This document shows positions 55,791 to 64,000 of a stretch of DNA of 64,000 bases, piece after piece. Both the position numbers and the translations under genes were made by a program. Below the pieces are notes generated by a model. The model saw only the letters and a list, made by a program, of their open reading frames with translations, did not search any database and was not told where the DNA came from. The stretch lies in contig OX597829.1 of the NCBI GenBank assembly GCA_951406725.2, positions 744,001 to 808,000 of the forward strand, read 5' to 3'. Every line of letters begins with the position of its first letter. Positions within the stretch are counted from its first letter, which is position 1. Origin of the DNA: Octopus vulgaris. Lineage: Eukaryota.

Positions 55791-57044
55791 TTAAATACAA
55801 ATATATTTACATCACTATTCAAGTTAATTCTGTGTTGGTTCCTTCACATGTCCGAAACTCATTTTTTTTTTCACATTTATACGTAGTATTTTCTTTCTGT
55901 GTATCCTTATGGACGGGTATTCTTAAGGGTAGGCTTAAGGATACGGTTCTTCCAGACATATTTCAAATTCTGTGAGGATAGAGAAATCGATTATCGCATT
56001 CGGACAACGTTTGTAAAACAGTTAACGGTGGACTTGCTAGCCACGATTATATCGTTATTAATGGAGTTAATGCAAAACTGCTGCTGAAGTTGTTGTAGGT
56101 TTTGGTGGTGGTAGTGTTCGTAGCTGTGTTGCTACTGCAGTTTTGTTTTTGTTTTCATTTTCGTCATATTCATTCATTATCAATGATTTTGTTTTTCCCA
56201 TCGTAATTTTTGTTGCTTTTCTCACCGCTGCATATTACTTGCCGTGTTTTGATTGTCGTTGTTGTTAAATTTTGGTGGAAATGGTGGTAACACCTTCGTT
56301 ACCGTTTCTCTTTTTTTCTGCTGTTATTTTTCTCGACATCGATAGTGGTATAGGTTCTTCTGTAGAATACGGGGAGAGCAGTCGCAAAATTGCAGTTCCA
56401 ATCATTACTTAAAGCCTTTCAATATCTTATCGAAAATTTTGACGCCATGTTTTACATGATTTTTAAATAACTTAGGGAGGAATGTATCATTATAAATTCC
56501 GTCCCCAAAGACCAAAAGCAAACCGAAGCTCACCAGTTCTTCGGGATTCTGGTCAGTTTGTAATTATAAGGGGACGAAAAGTTTTTATGCATCGACTTTT
56601 GATTTGCAGTTAAAACAAACAAAACCCGTGAGTTATCGGAAGGGACGTCTTGACAATACGATGATGATGATGATGATGATGATGACGACGACGACGATGA
56701 TGATGATGATGGTGATAATGATGATGATGACGACGAGCAGAAGGAGAGGTTGACGGTGGCGTTGAGGATATGATGAGGATTACAATGATAACAACAAAAA
56801 TAGTAATCATAATCACGGTAATAAGAATAACAAAAAAAACAATAGCACCACCACCACTAACAGTAACGACGAGAAGAAGAAGAAGAAGAAGAAGAAGAAG
56901 AAGAAGAAGAAGAAGAAGAAGAAGAAGAAGAAGAAGAAGAAGAAGAAGAAGAAGAAGAAGAAGAAGAAAAATTAAATGTAAGGGACACCATTAAAGCCTT
57001 TTATAGATGCACTACGTCATGCACTAGGGCAAAACTTAATAAGT

Positions 57045-57290
57045 TAGCAAATGTGAATCTGCAGGAAAGGAGACGAGATTATCAATCAGCTTTTGAATGA
57101 GTGCAGTATAGTAGTACAAAAAGAGTATAAGCACAGGCATGACTGTGTTGACAAAAAATGTATTGGGATATTAACAACAGAAAAGTGATATGAACACAAA
57201 CTAGAGGCTGTGAGACAAAATGAGAATAACTAGATTTTGTGGGACTTCTCTATAAAGACTCATCACACTATTGAGGCAAGAAGACCGGTT
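57045..57290 (+). pseudogene. RLE-type non-LTR retrotransposon fragment (R4/Dong-like zinc knuckle + RLE start)
   Basis: C..CRKGDEIINQLLNEC...KEYKHRHD; K*YEHKLE...NE..ILWDFSIKT...IEARRP. Confidence 0.7.
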
Positions 57291-57489
57291 TGGATGATGT
57301 GACTGTAAAACCTGCTCTGTGTAAGCTTTCGACCAGTTTGGGCACGCTTGCGTTAAAAAAAACTTTAGAATGACTTTTTTCTGTCAAAACACTAAAAATA
57401 ACTGACCAAGAAAACAAAAACCAATATTCAACCAAATCAAAAAATAAACCATAAATATTAAGCGAACAAAGATGAACCATCCCACTTCC

Positions 57490-57530
<41 letters not shown>

Positions 57531-57604
57531 TCACATACCCACCTTTTTATTCACACAGAGTTGAAACGCAGTTTGATTTATTTTTTCAGCATACATTACC
57601 AAGT

Positions 57605-57805
57605 ATGACATCACACCTTCCTTATTCATCTATCTCCCCTTCCATTCTCATTCATAAATACAAGAGTAATTATTATAGTATATTATCTCGGTAACCATGG
57701 GAGCCATGAAGAAAATATGACATCACCCCTTCCCTTCTCATTCATAAATTCAAGAGTATTATTATATTGGATTATCTCGGTAACCATGGGAGCTACAAAA
57801 AAATA
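57605..57805 (+). repeat. Diverged ~100-bp direct tandem duplication
   Basis: TATGACATCAC...TCATTCATAAAT.CAAGAGTA.TATTATA...ATTATCTCGGTAACCATGGGAGC occurs twice. Confidence 0.8.
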
Positions 57806-58520
57806 CAAAGCCCAGCATCACCACTGGATCATTCTCCACATCTGTGTAATTTTTTGCGCAATTCCATCCAGCCGTTTGACTGTGAATCCGAAGACAAGAA
57901 ATAATCGTCCATGTCAAATTTATATGTATAGATATACGTACCCAACCATACATGTATACACACAGGTACATAATGGGCTTCCGCACAGTTTTAGTCTTTG
58001 AAATTCACGCACAACGCACTGGGTGACCCGCGACTATAGTAGAAGACATTTGTACAAGATGCCAAGCAGCTGAACTGGAAACCGGAAACACAGTGACTTC
58101 GAACCGAATTTCTCAACTAGACAGCCGTGCCTGTGTAAATTCTGAACAAAAAACCGTTCTGATTCCACTGAAACTATTTAGAACTTTCATCTCTAATTGC
58201 AAAGGTAGAGACAAGTACGGACAGGAATAGGCTTTTGTGTTTGGAGGCTGACCTTTTAGAGTATTAATGAATGGGTCGACAGCGTTCTTGGCAAACGAAG
58301 CCATTGGAATATTCAAGTGTATTCCTGCTTTTCTACATTCCAGCACTTTATTTTAAGTATTAATATCACTAACATTAAGTCTCAATTGCTTTCAATAAAA
58401 ATGTCTATTTGTTTTACTTCATTTTTGTTTCTTGTTTTTTTGCTCGTTTCAAATTACTATGTCAATGCAAAGTGTGTAAAGTTGTGGTGTTGTTTTTATG
58501 TGTAGGTATAATTTCGTGTG

Positions 58521-58558
<38 letters not shown>

Positions 58559-58569
58559 GTGTATGTACG

Positions 58570-58613
<44 letters not shown>

Positions 58614-58671
58614 CACACAAGCACATATATACACATATATACCTGTTTGTCTGTTTATCTATCTATCTATC

Positions 58672-58741
<70 letters not shown>

Positions 58742-58803
58742 GCATATACGCATCTATCTGTGTGTCTGTGTGTGTACAGATAGATGCGTATATGCATACA
58801 TAC

Positions 58804-58868
<65 letters not shown>

Positions 58869-58871
58869 GTA

Positions 58872-58985
<114 letters not shown>

Positions 58986-60079
58986 CGACAGGTAGATAGA
59001 TAGACAGACAGGTAGATAGATAGAGAGAGAGAGAGAGATCATATATATACATAAACAAGAGTATCAATGCATTTGACTATATCAGACCGGTTGATGTCGC
59101 TATTTATTTCAAATCTGTACGCTAAATAATGGCGAAATGTTAGTTATGTTAAAGCGATGATATCAACACAATTTCGTGTACACCAAGTTTTTCTTTCTCC
59201 TTCAATGGGGATTATATCTGTAATGACATGATAATTTGTAAATTGAAGCAGAATAGACTACAAGACTTGGAGTATCCTTCGGGAATACACTTCTGCATTA
59301 CCATCAAACACCATAGCATGAGAAACCGGCTGATCCACTAAGTTTTGCAGCTCGGATTAATTAATTATTAGGAGTATTTCTCCAGAGATAACCGCAATAC
59401 TGTTTGTAACAAACTGACTCATTTCTCACCGTAAGAATTATTTCGTCTTAAGCCCGTCTCTATTTTCTAGAGAACACATTAGATTCAGCGTTGTTTCTTT
59501 TATGTTATGTTCCGTTTTTCTTTTCTTCCATAAATTATTTTTGGAATTTTACTTGTGAGACGCAGATGGCTCGACTTGATCCGGTACTTAGGAAATTAGC
59601 TGAAGAGTCTATCGTTTGTCGGAGGTTCGTTTCCTGTGTCCAATACTACACTGACTCTGTCACTGGACGATTTTCTATGATTCACTTCAACTAAGTAGCT
59701 CTGAGTAGATGCCGCAGGGTGTGTCGTTCCTAGAGGAAAACGCTACAGCAACATAAAACTGCAGAAGGCTTTGTCACTCCTGTTTCACTGAAATTAAATT
59801 ATTTACGTGGTAATTCAACCCGTCATTTGAAATTTAGCAATTCAATTACAGTTGAAATGCTAGAACTTAAAATGGTACTCAAAGATTCTCAGGTTCTCAT
59901 ACGAACATCGCAATCTTTTTAATAGGTATATTATTTAGCAAATGACTTAAAACGAAATAGCCATTTAGCTTTTATGTGGGTTCTTCAGTTTAAAGAATTA
60001 TTTAAATATGTCTTCTGTTTTTAAAAGTGTTCGAAAAAATCACTGGCTTTGATCACAATGGTTAATGGTCTCCACTTCA

Positions 60080-60477
60080 GGCGGTGAGCTGGCAGAAACG
60101 TTAGCATGCCGGGCGAAATGCTTAGCGGTATTTCGTCTGCCGCTACGTTCTGAGTTCAAATTCCGCCGAGGTCGACTTTGCCTTTCATCCTTTTGGGGTC
60201 GATAAATTAAGTACCAGTTACGCACTGGGGTTGATGCAATCGACTTAATCCGTTTGTCTGTCCTTGTTTGTTCTCTCTGTGTTTAGCTCCTTGTAGGTAG
60301 TAAAGAAACTGGTATTTCGTCTGTCTTTACGTTCTGAGTTCAAATTCCGCCGAGCTCGACTTTATCTTTCATTCCTTCGGGGGTCGATAAATTAAGTACC
60401 AGTTACGTACTGGGGTCAATCTAATCGACTGGCCCCCCTCCCCCAAAATTTTTGGCCTTGTGCCTAAAGTAGAAAAG
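60080..60477 (+). mobile_element. SINE family A, tandem (twin) form
   Basis: Same architecture as 5063-5445; second unit begins GGTATTTCGTCTG at 60311. Confidence 0.9.
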
Positions 60478-61076
60478 TTACTGCAACATTAGTTATTCTT
60501 ATTTTATCCTCACCAGTTAAGCTAAAAAAACAAAGATCCGTGCTGGTATTTACCTGATAAAACAATACATACCACTGCGACATTGTTGTGGCGACAGATT
60601 CTCTTGGCTAAAAAGTCAGGATGTGACATCTTAAATGCTTTTAGATAAACAGAACAATGTTGTTTTATTAGCTAAAATGATATTTTATATTTGTTTTACT
60701 TAACATTACGGAAAAGAAAAATTTCTCTAATGGTCTTTGAGACATTAGAGATGTCGAAGACCAGTTCAAATAAATTGAACTTCCTGGCATGTTTCTATGA
60801 TGTCACACTGAGAAATGTGCTGCGTCACATGTGTTATGACAAAAGGCATTGAAAGTTTCCATTACAGAAAAACATTAAATCGACAATAAATAAGACAGAG
60901 TTGTATAGTCACAAATACTGAGGAACATGCTTGCATATGCGTTCACACGCGTGTATACATACATAACGATGTAGATATTTGTATATATATCGTATATATT
61001 AGCATATTCTTTTCTATATACTTTGTCTCTCTCTCTATTTCTCTCTCTTTCCCCCTCTCTCTCTCTCTTTAGAATA

Positions 61077-61629
61077 TCTCTTATATAAAATCCGTTCTGT
61101 CTGTCTGTCTGTCTGTCTGTGTCTTCTAGGATCTCGGGCATCCTCCATCTGATTGCGCTCAAATTTGATATGTAGATACCGACGGTATCAGGCGTGTGTA
61201 AGTCTTGAAAAAATTACAAAAATCGATTCCAGATGAGAATGCGATAGATAAAGCCGTTTTTGTCCTGCTTTTCTTCCGTCAACCTGTACATAACTGCAGC
61301 TTACATTTTTTGTTGTTTTTGTACTGCTTAAAGGCACGTTTCTTTCCTGCCAAGCTTACTGTTTAAACCATGTTTGTGTTCTCCCAGTCAACGGCCTTAT
61401 CATTACTGGTACTTTAAACTCTTCGGTTGCATATTTGTGCGAATAAAATCGTTTTTCTTTGGAATAGGAAAAAAAGTCTATCTATCTTTATTTCTTCTTT
61501 TGCTGGTGTCTCAAATTTAGGTTAATTCAGTGTTTCTCAAAACGGAGGCCTATGGGACGGTCGGACAAGTTGTTTTGAGAAAATTTGGTTTAAATGTTTT
61601 ACAACTCAGCACGGGGTGCGTTTTGCTCG
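61077..61629 (+). mobile_element. Non-autonomous Helitron-like element
   Basis: A|TCTCTTATATAAAA + (GTCT)n ... GCACGGGGTGC hairpin-GTTTTG-CTCG|T. Confidence 0.6.
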
Positions 61630-61634
61630 TATAT

Positions 61635-62935
61635 ATAATTCATGATCATTTTTGTTCTTTTCAAATTTAAAAAATACACGCAGAAATAAAACGCATTGGC
61701 AAAATGTTTTAAGAAAAGTTTTTGCTCTACAAGTCAGTGTGTTTTGATTTTTTTATTTTATTAATCTTTGTGCACTTTCAGACAACTAAAATGGGTTTCA
61801 GGTGAACAAAACTGAGTATTTTCGACACCATTTGCTTTTTGCATTTAATCGCGGTATTAAGGCCGCCGAAGTTGCTCGTGAGATTGGTGCCGTGTATGAA
61901 GAAGGAGAAATGTCTCAAAGCACCGCCGTTGGTTTTTGCGCTTCAAAAATGAGAATTTTTACCCCAAGGGCAGATCTTACACCAGTGGAACAACTGAGTT
62001 CTATGAAGAACAATTGAATTAACTTCTTCACTAAAATCCACGTCAAACGACCAGAGAAGTTGGCGGATCGGATGGATTGTGATAAAAAAAAACTGTGGTG
62101 AACCACATTCACTCAACAGGCAAAGTTCAGAAACTCAGCGCTTGGGTGCCACACATTTGAACGAAAACGACAAAAGTCAACGCTCCACAATCGCCGCCAC
62201 TTTGCTCGCTCGACGTCGCTCAACACATGGTCACAAGTAACGTTTTCCTTACTGCATTGTCATTGGAGATGAAAAATGGTGTCTTTACATCAATATACAT
62301 CAGCGACAAGAATGACTCAGCCCCGACAAACAAGTGACTTCGCGTGCAAAACAGACCTTCCTCCTTGAAAGATGTTGAGTGTCTGGTGGAACAGGGAAAG
62401 CACAATTCATAACGAACTGCTTGAGCGCAACCAAACACTCAATGCAGGGCTTTACGTTCAACAATTGCACCGACTCAACGAAGCAATTCAGCAAAAAAGA
62501 CCGAATAGGCGAAACGGCATTCTTCTGCAACACAACTCCCGTCCTCACATCACCGATATGATCAGAGCCACGTCTCGAATGGGAAATGCTGTCTCATCCT
62601 TCATAATCTTCAGACTTGGCACCGTCAGATTTTCATCGCTTTCGACCGCTATCGAACGCATTGCGTGGTGCATCGTTCAATAATGATAAGAGCTGGCAGA
62701 AACATTAGCACGTCTGGCAAAATTCGTAGCCGTATTTCGTCTGTCGATACGTTCTGAGTTCAAATTCCGCCGAGGTCGACATTGCCTTTCATCCTTTCGT
62801 GGTCGATTAAATAAGTACCACTTACGCACTGGGGTCGATGTAATTGACTTAATACCTATGTCTGTCCATGTTCGTCCCCTCTATGTGTAGCCCCTTTTGG
62901 GTAGTAAAGAAATCAATAATGATGTGGAATTGAGA
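61635..62935 (+). mobile_element. Mariner relic interrupted by a SINE A
   Basis: FRHHLLFAFNRGIKAAEVAREI, WVPH, IVIGDEKWCLY, MLSVWWN, QRPNRRNGILLQHN.RPH-like, SDLAPSDFH. Confidence 0.9.
62689..62912 (+). mobile_element. SINE family A with 11-bp TSD
   Basis: TCAATAATGAT at 62677-62687 and 62913-62923. Confidence 0.9.
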
Positions 62936-63140
62936 TAAGAGAAGAAATAAATCAATAGTTAAGTAACGGGCTAAGTAACGGTAAACACAAAGTGAATGAC
63001 ACACAGACATAGATATACACTTGGCCAAATTGCAACGCACTGGGACTGAACTTGGAACTATATTGTTGGGAAGCAAGGTTCTTACCACACAACCACGACT
63101 GCGCGTGTATGTATGCATGTATGTATATATATATATATAT

Positions 63141-63247
<107 letters not shown>

Positions 63248-63282
63248 TATATATTTGATCTGAATCGTGTGCTGAAACGAAA

Positions 63283-63567
63283 ACAATTGCAGCGTGGAAG
63301 GTGTTTATAAGCCATTTAAGGAACACACAAAAGCCGTTCGATTCACTTCAACATTTAAGTTTAATTTGTCAAAATATTTTCGTAGCTAAAATCCGCGACC
63401 TGTTCACTGACAAAGTCCGCAGCACGGATGCAGCACGGACTTTGTCAGTGAACAGGTCGCGGATTTTAGCGACGAAAATATTTTGACAAATTAAACTTAA
63501 ATGTTGGAGTGAATCGAACGGCTTTTGTGTGTTTCTTAAATGGCTCATAAACACCTTCCACACTGCA

Positions 63568-63572
<5 letters not shown>
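63283..63572. repeat. ~290-bp palindrome with an HHR-like motif in each arm
   Basis: Arms ~137 bp with about five mismatches, centre CAGCACGGATGCAGCA, (TA)n on both sides. Confidence 0.9.
63441..63490 (+). ncRNA. Putative HHR with G3:C8 swapped core (mirror copy 63365-63414 on -)
   Basis: TTTGTCA-GTGAACA-g-GTCGC(GGATTTTA)GCGAC-GAA-AATATT-T-TGACAAA. Confidence 0.65.
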
Positions 63573-63610
<38 letters not shown>

Positions 63611-63815
63611 GAGAGAGAGATGTATATGACCGAAGAGAGGATAACCACTCCGAAATGCTAGGTAGGTCTAGGTAGGTGGCACTGCGAGCTGATCTGTCAA
63701 TAAGCGAAATGTATTTTCAGTGAGTAGCTTGTTCACAGGTTCGAATGTGCCTCAGATATATTCGGACTGATAACATTACAGTTTTATTTATCGCTGCTTA
63801 GCGCCCCCCTCAGTA

Positions 63816-63850
<35 letters not shown>

Positions 63851-63916
63851 TTTATGTATGTATGTATGTATGTATGTATGTATGTATGTATGTATGTATG
63901 TATGTATGTATGTATG

Positions 63917-63948
<32 letters not shown>

Positions 63949-64000
63949 TGTATGTATGTATGTATGTATGTATGTATGTATGTATGTATGTATGTATGTA

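Noticed and set aside
63628-63665. CCGAAGA...CCGAAATGCTA, HHR-like
   Set aside because: Core lacks U4 and the stems are marginal

Overview
AT-rich eukaryotic intergenic or intronic DNA, dense in microsatellites ((TA)n, (CA)n, (TATG)n, (GAA)n, (GAT)n). The repeat families suggest a cephalopod (Octopus-like) genome; this is an inference. I found no host gene exon, and almost all listed ORFs are microsatellite artefacts. The window is a mosaic of decayed transposons: a Helitron Rep/PIF1-helicase with its 3' CTAG end, two non-autonomous Helitrons, three mariner relics, a Tc1/mariner foldback fragment, two Penelope-like GIY-YIG fragments (one Neptune-type), RTE, CR1-like and RLE LINE fragments, two abundant tRNA-derived SINE families and several MITEs. 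The main hidden signal is about 14 minimal hammerhead-ribozyme (HHR) motifs in short Penelope-LTR-type repeats. They show covarying stem I, palindromic stem III and non-canonical cores, including a G3:C8 swap and A6U variants. Several sit in back-to-back palindromes next to (TA)n tracts.
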